DNA of 36,050 bases from a virus (IMGVR_UViG_3300025387_000040:1-36050); one strand, 5' to 3'. Positions 9,920 through 18,925 are shown, numbered from the stretch's first letter. Translations and numbers: made by a program. Notes: a model not told the origin generated them from the letters alone.

Positions 9920-10798
9920 ATGGGTGGTTCTGCAGCTCCTGTTATTGGTAGCCCTGGCGGTGGCGGTGGTGGCAAAGGTTCGATTGCAAGCCCTGGCGGT
10001 GGCGGTAAAGGCTCATCTGGCGGTGGTGGCGGTGGAAAAGGCTCATCAGGTGGCGGTGGCAAAGGATCAACCCCAGGTGGCGGTCAGAACCCTAATTATT
10101 CAGATGCTTTAAAACAGCTTGCTAATTCACAATTAGCTGGTGGCGCATTAAGCGCAGTTGGCGCATTAGGTGGCTCTTTGGCACAAGCTACAGCAGCCAA
10201 TAAAGCTGCTGAAACCCAGCAAAATATGTTTAACACTCTGACCCAGCAAAATGCACCATTTAGGCAAGCTGGTACGCAAGCGGTTGGCAATTTATCCGAT
10301 TTGCTAGGAATTAGCGGTAATACAGGCGCAGCTAACTATGGCAGTTTAACGACTCCATTTACTACAGCTAACCTTAACTCACAATTAGCACCTAACTATC
10401 AATTCCAGCTACAACAAGGTCTAGGATCGCTTAATAACCAAATGAACGCTACAGGCGGTTTGGTTGGTGGTAATGCCCTACAAGGCGCACAAAACTACGC
10501 TCAGAACTTTGCTGGCAATGCTTATCAAAACGCATTTAACAACTATCAAACTCAACAAGGCAATATCTACAGCCGTTTGGGTGCTATTGCAGGTCTTGGA
10601 CAAGGCGCAGCAAGCAATCAAGCAACTGGCGCATCACAGTTTGGTGGAAACATTGGTGGTCAACAAGCTGCAGCAGGAAGCGCAATTGGCGGTGGCATTG
10701 TAGGCGCAGGAAACGCTGCTGGTAATGCTTATGGCAATTACAGCTTGATGAATACATTAGCTGCTGCTGGTAAACCCACACCTACTGTTTTAGAATAA
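9920..10798 (+). CDS. DNA ejection protein (P22 gp7-like) with Gly/Lys-rich N-terminus
   Basis: 'PFRQAG', 'PNYQFQLQQG...G(N)AL', G/A/Q/N-rich; first gene of the ejection cluster. Confidence 0.75.
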   Translation: MGGSAAPVIGSPGGGGGGKGSIASPGGGGKGSSGGGGGGKGSSGGGGKGSTPGGGQNPNYSDALKQLANSQLAGGALSAVGALGGSLAQATAANKAAETQQNMFNTLTQQNAPFRQAGTQAVGNLSDLLGISGNTGAANYGSLTTPFTTANLNSQLAPNYQFQLQQGLGSLNNQMNATGGLVGGNALQGAQNYAQNFAGNAYQNAFNNYQTQQGNIYSRLGAIAGLGQGAASNQATGASQFGGNIGGQQAAAGSAIGGGIVGAGNAAGNAYGNYSLMNTLAAAGKPTPTVLE

Positions 10799-10807
10799 GG
10801 AGTAATT

Positions 10808-12007
10808 ATGGCTGAACCAGTTGGATTATCTGCCCAAGCTCCAAACATGGGGCAAACCCTTAATACTTTGGGTTCTTTTTTGGATGTTGCTAAAAAGGCA
10901 GCAACCATTCAACCTGAAATTGAAGCTTCTAAAGCAGAGCTAGAGTCTAAAAAATTAAAAGGTCGTGGAGAAATTGCACAGTTGCGTGATAACGTATTTA
11001 ATGCAATCGGCACAGACTCTGACGTTTTGGCTTTAGAGCAAGATCCAACTGACGAGAAGTTACAAGCCAAAGTTAAACGCTTAATTACCGATCAAGCTGA
11101 TCAAGCTGTAGAGCGTATGGGCAAAGAATATCGCCCACAAATCTACGGTGCAATGGGCAAAATGATGGATTTTGTAGAATCAAGACCACAAGATTTTGCT
11201 AAAACCATTCGCAATAGAGTAACTGCAGGTGCAGGCAATCTTACTCAGCAAGAGCTACAAACACCACGCTTGCAAGTTAATTCTGCAGGTCAAATTGTTC
11301 GTGTTGTTCCTGGCACAAATCAAATTCAAGTGCTTGGCAATGTTAAAGATTTGCAAGGCATTATGAATCAAGGCGGTCAAGTTTCCCCACAAGCACAGCC
11401 TGCAATCAATCCAAACCCAACACAAGCACAAGCAGGAGCTTTGGCTGCTACTACTGGCACAGGTACTGCGGATTGGAACGATACATTTAAAGCTGCACAA
11501 GCTGCGCCAATCAAGATTCAGTCTTTACAAACAATTAAAGATTTGTCTAGCAAAACTACTACAGGTACTGGCGCAGAGCAGGTTCGTTTGGTCAACGGTT
11601 TATTAGACTTAATGGGTATTGATCGTGAATCTGCTGCTAACCTTGATGAGTTGAAAAAGAACTCTGCCATTTTGCAGATGGGGCCAGCAGGTACAGATAT
11701 GGCAAGAGCTATTCAGCAAATGGCAACACCTGGCGCACAAATTCAGCCAGAGGCCATTAAAAAGATTAGCGATCAATTATTGGCATTAGAACGTAGAAAC
11801 GTAGCCAAAGCTCGTTATTTAGAGCCACATAAAAATTCATTAAATTACACAGCTAAAGCACTTGAGTTTTCTAACAATGCTGATCCGATTCTTTTCCAAG
11901 ATATTTCAGACGAAGAATTTAAGAAATATAAAAATACTTTGCCAAAAGATCGTCAGCAACAATTGATTGAAAAAGCCAAAAAGCTTAAAGAGTTAGGAAT
12001 TGAATAA
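10808..12007 (+). CDS. putative DNA ejection protein (gp20 position)
   Basis: AAGGAG RBS; helical 399 aa protein between two ejection genes. Confidence 0.6.
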   Translation: MAEPVGLSAQAPNMGQTLNTLGSFLDVAKKAATIQPEIEASKAELESKKLKGRGEIAQLRDNVFNAIGTDSDVLALEQDPTDEKLQAKVKRLITDQADQAVERMGKEYRPQIYGAMGKMMDFVESRPQDFAKTIRNRVTAGAGNLTQQELQTPRLQVNSAGQIVRVVPGTNQIQVLGNVKDLQGIMNQGGQVSPQAQPAINPNPTQAQAGALAATTGTGTADWNDTFKAAQAAPIKIQSLQTIKDLSSKTTTGTGAEQVRLVNGLLDLMGIDRESAANLDELKKNSAILQMGPAGTDMARAIQQMATPGAQIQPEAIKKISDQLLALERRNVAKARYLEPHKNSLNYTAKALEFSNNADPILFQDISDEEFKKYKNTLPKDRQQQLIEKAKKLKELGIE

Positions 12008-13920
12008 TGCCTACTGTTTTAGAATTGTTAAACAAAGAAAGCCAAGATAACGCTTTTGATGTTAATAAACGCTATGGAACACCCTCTAAAATTCTAGACA
12101 ATCTAGAACTTACAGAGAGTTCTGGCAATCCACACGCAATTAATAAAGAAACTAAGGCAATGGGTGCGTATCAGTTTCTTCCTGAAACTGCTGCTGCTTT
12201 GCACAAAAAAGGCATCAAGTTTAATCCTTTAGATAAAAAAGAATCTAGAGCTGCTGCCGATTATTATTTAAGCGAATTAGCTAAACAGCACAACGGTGAT
12301 TACCGTAAAGCTTTGGCATCTTATGGTGGATTTGTAAATGCAGACCCAACACAGTATGTTAATAAAATTATGGGTGGCACTCCTGCTGTTCCTGTTAGTT
12401 CTCAATCTGTGTTATCTCGTTTAACACAAGAAGAACCAGAACCAGTTGGCAAAGTAACCGTTTCTGCGCCCGAAGAAGAAACCATGTATTCATCAGAGGG
12501 CATACCTTTGGTAACTCCACAGACAGCTTATCAACCTCGTGGATTAGTAAAAACAGTTACTCAAGATATTCCTACAGGTATTGTTTCTGCCCCTATTTCT
12601 GCTGGTTTAGGTATGGCAGAGCCTGTTGTTGGCGCAGCGCAAAAGATAGCAAGTATGCTTGGCGGTAGTCAAAACGTGAATCAAGCTGTCCAATCATTTG
12701 AACAGATGCAAAAAGGCATTAAAGAAGCACCAGGCGTAGCTTCTTATGCCACTACAAGACCTGCTGAATTAGCTGGTGAAATTGGCCCATTAACTACATC
12801 AATTGCAAATGCTGGATATAATGCAGCATCAAAAATACCTCTTACATCAGATTTGTTAAAAGGCATTGTAGGTGGTATGGGTGCTGGCGCAGCACAAGGC
12901 GCATTACAGCCTACAGAAGTCGGCAAAGATGTAGGCGTTGAAACGGCTAAAAACGTAGGCGCAAATGCTTTCATGGGCGGTTTATTTCCTGTTTTGTTTA
13001 AAGGCGCACAATACGTCAATAAAGCAACAGGTTTAAATTTAGGTGCAAAAGTGCCTGAAGCTATATCCCAAGAAGAATTAGTTACACAAGCTAAAAACTT
13101 ATACGACAAAGCTAAAGACTCAGGGATTCAATTTAGACCTACTAAGTTTGCAAATGAAATGTTTAGAACAGGTCATGAATTGCGACAAGAAGGTTTTACG
13201 CCAAAAGCCTATCCTGGTATTGATGCTGTGCTAAACGAGGCAACTCGTACAGATATGCCTAAAGACTTTACAGAATTACAAGCTATTCGCAAAATGATTC
13301 AAGGTCAGCAAAAAAGCACCGACCCTGAAACACGAAGATTAGCTTCAATATTAAAAGATAGATTTGATGATTATGTTTTAAATGCCCCATCAGATCATAT
13401 ATCAGGCAAACCAGAGGGCGCAAAGATTTGGCAAGATGCTCGTCAGTCTTATAGCAGACTTAAAAAAGCTGAGATTTTTGACGATATGCTAGAGCAAGCT
13501 CAGATTGAAGGTAAGACATTATTCACCCAATCAGGCGCAGAAAATTCTCTTGCAAAGCAATTACGTCAACTAAGCAAAAATGATCGCAAAATGCGTACAT
13601 TTACGCCTGAAGAACAAGAACAAATCAAACAGGCTGCTAAAGGTTCTACACCACAAAATCTATTGCGTTTTTATGGCAAGTTTGCGCCTACAAGCCCTGT
13701 AAGCTTAATTCCAACTTTAGGTGGCGTTGCATTAAACCCTGTTGTAGGTTTGCCTCTTTCTATTGGTGCTATGGGCGCAAGAGTTGGCGCAACCAAGTTA
13801 CGAGAGCGTGATGTTCAAAATTTAGCTGACTTTATGAGAATGGGTGGCGAATCACAAATAGCCCCTAAACAAACTAAAATTAGCGATATCTACAAAATGT
13901 ATCAAACTGAAAGGCAATAA
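12007..13920 (+). CDS. large ejection protein with N-terminal lytic transglycosylase domain
   Basis: SLT motifs 'ESSGNPHA', 'AMGAYQFLPET', 'ALASYGG'. Confidence 0.82.
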   Translation: MPTVLELLNKESQDNAFDVNKRYGTPSKILDNLELTESSGNPHAINKETKAMGAYQFLPETAAALHKKGIKFNPLDKKESRAAADYYLSELAKQHNGDYRKALASYGGFVNADPTQYVNKIMGGTPAVPVSSQSVLSRLTQEEPEPVGKVTVSAPEEETMYSSEGIPLVTPQTAYQPRGLVKTVTQDIPTGIVSAPISAGLGMAEPVVGAAQKIASMLGGSQNVNQAVQSFEQMQKGIKEAPGVASYATTRPAELAGEIGPLTTSIANAGYNAASKIPLTSDLLKGIVGGMGAGAAQGALQPTEVGKDVGVETAKNVGANAFMGGLFPVLFKGAQYVNKATGLNLGAKVPEAISQEELVTQAKNLYDKAKDSGIQFRPTKFANEMFRTGHELRQEGFTPKAYPGIDAVLNEATRTDMPKDFTELQAIRKMIQGQQKSTDPETRRLASILKDRFDDYVLNAPSDHISGKPEGAKIWQDARQSYSRLKKAEIFDDMLEQAQIEGKTLFTQSGAENSLAKQLRQLSKNDRKMRTFTPEEQEQIKQAAKGSTPQNLLRFYGKFAPTSPVSLIPTLGGVALNPVVGLPLSIGAMGARVGATKLRERDVQNLADFMRMGGESQIAPKQTKISDIYKMYQTERQ

Positions 13921-14466
13921 ATGTCAGTATTACTATCCCCAATCGGTAATGGATTTCAATTCCTTACTAATACAGGCTTGCCTTTAGCAGGTGGCTATTT
14001 ATACAGCTATCAAGCTGGTTCTACCACACCTTTAGCTACTTACACAGACAATACTGGCAATATTGCTAATACCAATCCTATTGTGTTGGGTACTGATGGC
14101 AGACCCCCATACGAGATTTGGCTCAACTCTAGCTATACATATAAATTTGTTTTGGCTGATTCTACTAACGTAGTTTTGCAGACCTACGACAATATCTATC
14201 CTATTCCTAATGCTGCATCTACAGGCACAACAGTACCAGCAGGCGCAATTATTATGTGGTCAGGTTCTATTGGTTCTATTCCTAGTGGTTATGTAATCTG
14301 TAACGGCTCTAACGGCACACCTGATTTGCGTGATTCGTTTATCGTAGGCGCAGGTAATACCTATGGAGTAGGAACAACTGGTGGATTTGTAAGCTCTGGC
14401 GTAATGACCAATGCTGGCACAAATTTACCTCTTTATTATTCACTAGCTTTTATACAGAAAACATAA
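13921..14466 (+). CDS. short tailspike-adaptor-like protein (head-binding-like N-terminus plus collar domain)
   Basis: 'GLPLAGGYLYSYQAGSTTPLATYTD...NTNPIVL' then 'GAIIMWSG..IPSGYVICNGSNGTPDLRDSF'. Confidence 0.7.
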   Translation: MSVLLSPIGNGFQFLTNTGLPLAGGYLYSYQAGSTTPLATYTDNTGNIANTNPIVLGTDGRPPYEIWLNSSYTYKFVLADSTNVVLQTYDNIYPIPNAASTGTTVPAGAIIMWSGSIGSIPSGYVICNGSNGTPDLRDSFIVGAGNTYGVGTTGGFVSSGVMTNAGTNLPLYYSLAFIQKT

Positions 14467-14468
14467 TC

Positions 14469-14675
14469 ATGTCAGATGTTGATCCAATAAAAGTAGGGGT
14501 AATGTGGCAAAAAGTAGAGGCTATGGAGCATGAAGTTTCTGAACTAAGGGCTGACGTTAAACAGCTTTTAGAACTTGCTAATAAATCCAAGGGTGGCCTG
14601 TGGGCTGGCATGATGGTTATTTCTGCTGTTTCTAGTTTTGTAGGTTTTTTAATACATTATTTCACAGCAAAATGA
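14469..14675 (+). CDS. small coiled-coil membrane protein (holin/antiholin candidate)
   Basis: Coiled coil followed by one C-terminal hydrophobic helix. Confidence 0.6.
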   Translation: MSDVDPIKVGVMWQKVEAMEHEVSELRADVKQLLELANKSKGGLWAGMMVISAVSSFVGFLIHYFTAK

Positions 14676-14678
14676 CCT

Positions 14679-15128
14679 ATGATCGACCCATTCGCACAAG
14701 GGGTAAAAACTCTTAGCGAAAGCCTTGATGCCACTAGACAGGCTTCTAAAAGCCTTTCCAAGAGCATAGAGGGTATTCAACAAGAAGGCTTAGACATAGC
14801 ACAACGTAAAGCGCAAGAAAGGCGCAGAGCGTTAAGAGAAGCAGAATTAAAGAAGCAAACAGCGTTGATTAAAGCGTTGGAAGATTGGAAACAAAAGAAG
14901 CAAATTAGCGACAAAGAAGCACAGCTAAAAATAGATTTTGTAAAAAAGTATGGCGCAAAAGAATGGGAAGCAGTCTTGAAGATAAAGCTAGACATTGAGA
15001 ATCTTGAGCGCAAAGAAAACGAGGCATTTCAGCACGATGCTAAAGAAATACAGCGTGTGAAAGTGTATTGTTGGATAGCAGCATTAATAGTAACTTTATG
15101 GCTTAAATTTGTATTAGGAGTAATTTGA
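14679..15128 (+). CDS. hypothetical protein with C-terminal membrane anchor
   Basis: Charged helical body and terminal hydrophobic segment; in the lysis region. Confidence 0.65.
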   Translation: MIDPFAQGVKTLSESLDATRQASKSLSKSIEGIQQEGLDIAQRKAQERRRALREAELKKQTALIKALEDWKQKKQISDKEAQLKIDFVKKYGAKEWEAVLKIKLDIENLERKENEAFQHDAKEIQRVKVYCWIAALIVTLWLKFVLGVI

Positions 15129-15364
15129 TGGGCGATATATTTACACACATACTTACTGGTAAAGATAACCAGACACATGACATTGCAAAATGGGCATGGA
15201 TGCTTGGCTTTGTGCTAGTAGGCGCATCTGCAATCTTTTTAATCTATTCTGGCAAAGAAATCAGCCTAACTGAACTTGCTGGTGCTTTAGGCATTGTGTC
15301 AGGTTCAGGTGCAGCTTCAGTAGCTGGCAAACACATGGCAGGGGCAGAGCCTGATCCACAATGA
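15125..15364 (+). CDS. putative holin
   Basis: 79 aa with two hydrophobic segments, upstream of the spanins and endolysin. Confidence 0.55.
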   Translation: MMGDIFTHILTGKDNQTHDIAKWAWMLGFVLVGASAIFLIYSGKEISLTELAGALGIVSGSGAASVAGKHMAGAEPDPQ

Positions 15365-15789
15365 AATTTTTACTTAACCTAATAGGCGGTCTAGGTGGAC
15401 AAGCTTACTTATATATGGCTTTGGTTTTTGGGGGCTTTAGTGCTGGGTTTTATGTTGAGCATTTACGATTTGCTGAATATAAAGCTGACGTTGTGGCAGC
15501 AGGAGAAAGACAGATTGCAGAGAACAAAGCAAAGGCAAAAGAACAGGAGATAATTAATGAAAATGTTGCCAAAACTTACCAAGATAATATCAATAACATC
15601 CATACTTTTTATGGCAGGATGCTCGACACCAGTAGCGGTGCAATGTCCCCCAATGGCACAGCCACCATCACAATTAATGGTCAAACCTATAACTTATTAT
15701 CTGTTGCCGAGCAATGCGCCCAAACAACCCAACAACTAGAGTCATTACAAGACTGGATTAACCAACAGGTAGGATTAGATGCAAAATAA
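15361..15789 (+). CDS. Rz: i-spanin (Rz-like)
   Basis: N-terminal TM segment, coiled coil, C-terminal 'LESLQDWI'; contains an embedded lipoprotein ORF. Confidence 0.8.
   Translation: MKFLLNLIGGLGGQAYLYMALVFGGFSAGFYVEHLRFAEYKADVVAAGERQIAENKAKAKEQEIINENVAKTYQDNINNIHTFYGRMLDTSSGAMSPNGTATITINGQTYNLLSVAEQCAQTTQQLESLQDWINQQVGLDAK
15557..15739 (+). CDS. Rz1: o-spanin lipoprotein (Rz1-like), embedded in the +1 frame
   Basis: Signal peptide with lipobox FMAG|C and Pro-rich mature part (CSTPVAVQCPPMAQPP). Confidence 0.82.
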   Translation: MKMLPKLTKIISITSILFMAGCSTPVAVQCPPMAQPPSQLMVKPITYYLLPSNAPKQPNN

Positions 15790-16300
15790 CTTTAAAAAAT
15801 GCCTTGAGCTAGTATTAAAAAGCGAAGGTGGCTGGGTAAACAATCCCAAAGACCCTGGTGGCGAAACCAATCTTGGTGTTACCAAAAAGGTTTGGGAAGA
15901 ATGGGTCGGCCATGAAGTTAAGACTATGCAAGGTTTGACACCCGAAGATGTAGCACCTATGTATCAGGCTAAGTATTGGATGTCTTGCTATGCCAACCAA
16001 CTGCCTGTAGGAATCGATTATATGGCGTTTGACATGGCTGTAAACGGTGGGCCAGGGCGTAGTGTCAAATTACTGCAAGAGTGCCTTGGTTGCGTTCCTG
16101 ACGGAACTATAGGCCCACGCACAATGCAATTAATTGATCAGAAAAAGCCAGAAGATATTGTAGAAGCATTTAGTCAGCGTAAAATTGACTTTTATAAGTC
16201 ATTAGCAACTTTTGCCACATTTGGCAAAGGCTGGTTAAAACGAGTAGAAGATGTTAAACAAAACGCATTAAAAATGATTGGAGAAGCAAATGGCAACTAA
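15779..16300 (+). CDS. endolysin, glycoside hydrolase family 108
   Basis: 'EGGWVNNPKDPGGETNLGVT' and C-terminal 'FGKGWLKRV'. Confidence 0.92.
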   Translation: MQNNFKKCLELVLKSEGGWVNNPKDPGGETNLGVTKKVWEEWVGHEVKTMQGLTPEDVAPMYQAKYWMSCYANQLPVGIDYMAFDMAVNGGPGRSVKLLQECLGCVPDGTIGPRTMQLIDQKKPEDIVEAFSQRKIDFYKSLATFATFGKGWLKRVEDVKQNALKMIGEANGN

Positions 16301-16499
16301 TTTTAAAATTACTGGCAAAACACACGAAAGCCCAAAAGGTCATTACGTTAAAGAATCGCCACATCGTATTGAAAAAGAAGTAGAGCGTTTAGAGCGTAAG
16401 CTTGATAAACACATTGCTTTGCCTATGGAAAAAGCTCACCACGCAGAGAATGGCTCAAGCCAGAAAGAAGCCCCATTACCAAATATGCGTAAGTATTAA
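16290..16499 (+). CDS. hypothetical basic protein
   Basis: GGAG RBS ahead of ATG at 16290. Confidence 0.6.
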   Translation: MATNFKITGKTHESPKGHYVKESPHRIEKEVERLERKLDKHIALPMEKAHHAENGSSQKEAPLPNMRKY

Positions 16500-16924
16500 A
16501 ATATCTGAGTTAAATCAGCAATTTTAAACATAGTGATGGGGCAGTCGTAAAACAACTCCCCTTTACTTACATATTTGTTATGGACTTCAATCAATGGGCA
16601 ATTTGCTATCAAGTCTGCTTTCACCCAATAAGCACGAGATAAGTCCTGAGTTACGGCAAAAAATAGAGTCGGCAGACCTTCCCGAAATAGCTTGTCTTTG
16701 CGTTGCGCTGCGTGGATGGTTCGATGTCGATCAAAACCTTCTTGACGAACTTCTACCTCAAGCAGCCCAACTTGAGAACCTGATCGAAAGCAGATTAGAT
16801 CAACTCCATACTTATTAGGGTTATCTTTTACTTCTAAACCCCATTTCATTGTGACCCAGTCGCTTACAACTTTGCGAGCTGGGCCATCATATACATCGTG
16901 TAAATATTGGCTAAACGGCTTCAC
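16496..16924 (-). CDS. putative PD-(D/E)XK nuclease-fold protein
   Basis: 'YGVDLI...LLEVEVR' pattern. Confidence 0.55.
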   Translation of the reverse strand: MKPFSQYLHDVYDGPARKVVSDWVTMKWGLEVKDNPNKYGVDLICFRSGSQVGLLEVEVRQEGFDRHRTIHAAQRKDKLFREGLPTLFFAVTQDLSRAYWVKADLIANCPLIEVHNKYVSKGELFYDCPITMFKIADLTQIF

Positions 16925-17136
16925 GCTTTAAGAATAACAACTAGCAGCACAAAGCACAGCGCAACGATATAAGCTACGTTGCACCAGTATTCAAAGCGTA
17001 ACTTAGCAGGATCACCAATAAGCCATTTCTGTATTTCAAGCATATCTGGGTCTTTTTCTACATACTTGGGCTTTAATGGATTTTCATCATAGCGAGAACC
17101 AATCAATACTTTGCCGTTGTTTAGAAAGTCAATCAT
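16921..17136 (-). CDS. hypothetical protein with C-terminal TM helix
   Basis: Overlap-coupled on both sides in the leftward operon. Confidence 0.65.
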   Translation of the reverse strand: MIDFLNNGKVLIGSRYDENPLKPKYVEKDPDMLEIQKWLIGDPAKLRFEYWCNVAYIVALCFVLLVVILKA

Positions 17137-17519
17137 TTCTCTTGTGCCTTTCTTAGTATTGCTCTAGCAAAATTAAATACTCCGCTTACTTCGCTACCTT
17201 CAATTTGATAGCACAAGTGTTTGCTTGCTAAAACTTCTATTTCCTCATCTGTTAGTGTCTTTTCAGCTTCTTGCGTGAAGTCAGATAGCCTTTGTAATGC
17301 AGCTTCTTTTTTCAACTCCTCTATTTCAGCTTGTTGCTGTTTATGCTGCATTTCTAGTATTGCAATTCTGTCACGCTGTGCTACATGGCGTAGTTCGTAC
17401 TTGGTTAGCTTTTCTTGTTGCTGGCGTAGCATGGCACAGGTTTTAACCATTAACTTTTCATCAACACTCCACAATCGGTCTTTGTTTTCCAATTTATCAG
17501 CTAGTTCATTTGCGTTCAT
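17133..17519 (-). CDS. modular small protein (MNANELAD / QQQAEIE / LTDEEI / FARAILRKAQEK)
   Basis: Shares blocks with neighbours; ATGA coupling. Confidence 0.75.
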   Translation of the reverse strand: MNANELADKLENKDRLWSVDEKLMVKTCAMLRQQQEKLTKYELRHVAQRDRIAILEMQHKQQQAEIEELKKEAALQRLSDFTQEAEKTLTDEEIEVLASKHLCYQIEGSEVSGVFNFARAILRKAQEK

Positions 17520-17752
17520 TTCTCTTGCGCCTTTCTTAGTATTGCTCTAGCAAATGCAATGTTTTGTTCACCTGTGTCAGTTTCCATGCCACTCCAAATT
17601 TCAATTATTTCATTATCTGTTAGTGTCTTTGCTTTCAACGCTTCTATTTCAGCTATTTGGTTATCAATCAACTCTTTTACTTTTGGTAGCATTGTATGCA
17701 CCACTGCCAACTGTGTAACGATTCCTGAGTTTGCTAATTCATTTTGGTTCAT
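17516..17752 (-). CDS. modular small protein paralog
   Basis: MNQNELA...AEIEALK..LTDNEI...FARAILRKAQEK. Confidence 0.75.
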   Translation of the reverse strand: MNQNELANSGIVTQLAVVHTMLPKVKELIDNQIAEIEALKAKTLTDNEIIEIWSGMETDTGEQNIAFARAILRKAQEK

Positions 17753-17952
17753 TTCTTTTGTGCCTTTTCTAATAATTCGTCAAGCATCATATTTCCTAAA
17801 TTTTCGTAACTTTTTATTTTGTTTTTCAACGCCTCTATTTCAGCTTGTTGCTGGCGTACAAAGTCTGCATACTGCTGAAATGGTTTGCCTTTTCCATCGC
17901 CTTGTATCCAATAAATGTTTTCTAATTCATCAGCTACTTGTTTTGAGTTCAT
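17749..17952 (-). CDS. modular small protein paralog
   Basis: MNSKQVADELE...RQQQAEIEALK...KAQKK. Confidence 0.75.
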   Translation of the reverse strand: MNSKQVADELENIYWIQGDGKGKPFQQYADFVRQQQAEIEALKNKIKSYENLGNMMLDELLEKAQKK

Positions 17953-18098
17953 TTCTCTTGTGCCTTTCCATTTAATGCTTCCAATATGCCCTCATAAGCA
18001 CCCATAAAAATCATGCAAAAAATCAATCCTAATGCAAAAGGAATGTACCAAATTGGTATGGTAATGGTTAAAAATGCAGCTAATATTTTTTTACTCAT
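17949..18098 (-). CDS. 49-aa membrane peptide ending KAQEK (absent from ORF track)
   Basis: MSKKILAAFLTITIPIWYIPFALGLIFCMIFMGAYEGILEALNGKAQEK; ATGA overlaps at both ends. Confidence 0.75.
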   Translation of the reverse strand: MSKKILAAFLTITIPIWYIPFALGLIFCMIFMGAYEGILEALNGKAQEK

Positions 18099-18313
18099 TT
18101 TTTACTTTTTTTCTCAACGTGCATAGCAAGCAAAGACTCTACTCTAAGCTGTAATCTATCGTGCAAGCTTTCGCATACATCACGACAAAGCCATAAAGTG
18201 CCACTTTCAGCATCGCTAGAGATTTTCTCAGCTACAAGCTCAAGCACATTGCCAAGGCAGCTTAACTGGCTTGAAATCTTTTCTAATTCCCCTGCTTCAT
18301 CCCATAAACTCAT
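18095..18313 (-). CDS. hypothetical protein
   Basis: Start MSLWDEAG overlaps the upstream stop (ATGA). Confidence 0.65.
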   Translation of the reverse strand: MSLWDEAGELEKISSQLSCLGNVLELVAEKISSDAESGTLWLCRDVCESLHDRLQLRVESLLAMHVEKKSKK

Positions 18314-18552
18314 TTTTGATCCCTCGCTGATGTTGACCAAAGCTGCTCAATAATTTCTGATGCGCCCATCTTGATTAATTCATTTTTATAAAAGAATCTA
18401 GCTACATACTTAGCTTTGACAAAGCCTGTTTCTTGTCTAATGCTTGGCCCTACATACACACCAGGATTTGTGTAATGAGGCACATACAAGATATTTCCTA
18501 CTTTGTAGCACTTGTAAGCCTTTGTTTCAGGAACTGCGTATTCAGTATCCAT
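18310..18552 (-). CDS. hypothetical protein
   Basis: AAGGA RBS; in the leftward operon. Confidence 0.65.
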   Translation of the reverse strand: MDTEYAVPETKAYKCYKVGNILYVPHYTNPGVYVGPSIRQETGFVKAKYVARFFYKNELIKMGASEIIEQLWSTSARDQK

Positions 18553-18760
18553 AACCATAATTTAATCCTTCTTTTGCGTTGTATTCGTATCCAAAAGCGT
18601 AAAACAATGGTGAATTAGCCATCATTACGATTTTGCGTTTTGCTTCTAAAGAACTGCCCCTACGCTTTAATAACAAAGCCAAACAAGCTCTGTTTTTAAA
18701 TAATTGCTTGCCAGAATAAGACCTCATAAATTCTATTTTGAAAGCAGATTTGTCTATCAT
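18542..18760 (-). CDS. hypothetical basic protein
   Basis: Start MIDKSAF coupled through TGATG to the upstream peptide. Confidence 0.6.
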   Translation of the reverse strand: MIDKSAFKIEFMRSYSGKQLFKNRACLALLLKRRGSSLEAKRKIVMMANSPLFYAFGYEYNAKEGLNYGYGY

Positions 18761-18840
18761 CAAAACCCCCATGCAAACATTGAGCCAAGTAATACGCCTA
18801 GCAGTATTACGCCAATCCAATCAAGTAATGTAATTTTCAT
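18760..18840 (-). CDS. 26-aa hydrophobic peptide (absent from ORF track)
   Basis: MKITLLDWIGVILLGVLLGSMFAWGF preceded by AGGGGGA RBS. Confidence 0.7.
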   Translation of the reverse strand: MKITLLDWIGVILLGVLLGSMFAWGF

Positions 18841-18855
18841 AAATCCCCCTAAGAT

Positions 18856-18925
18856 AAAAAAATCAGGTCAAAGTCATGTTAAATTCTGCGCACACGGCTC
18901 ATTTGAACTGTATCAATGACCTGAT
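18856..18925 (-). ncRNA. hairpin leader RNA / attenuator candidate
   Basis: Perfect 9-bp inverted repeat ATCAGGTCA (18862-18870) / TGACCTGAT (18917-18925), inner imperfect stem, then a U-run on the minus strand. Confidence 0.55.

Larger units (their letters stand above)
17133..17968. repeat. four gene-junction repeats TCATTTCT(C/T)TTG(T/C)GCCTTT at 17133, 17516, 17749, 17949
   Basis: First two copies extend to 39 bp with one mismatch (17133-17171 vs 17516-17554). Confidence 0.9.

Noticed and set aside
9868-10062. Poly-proline ORF on the minus strand
   Set aside because: Antisense shadow of the GGT/GGC glycine codons of the ejection protein
17133-17968. CRISPR array or integron attC cassettes
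   Set aside because: Repeats are coding, unevenly spaced 200-380 bp apart and not palindromic; no cas or integrase gene
17221-17975. Plus-strand ORFs over the modular array
   Set aside because: Antisense shadows; the minus-strand genes have coupled starts and stops
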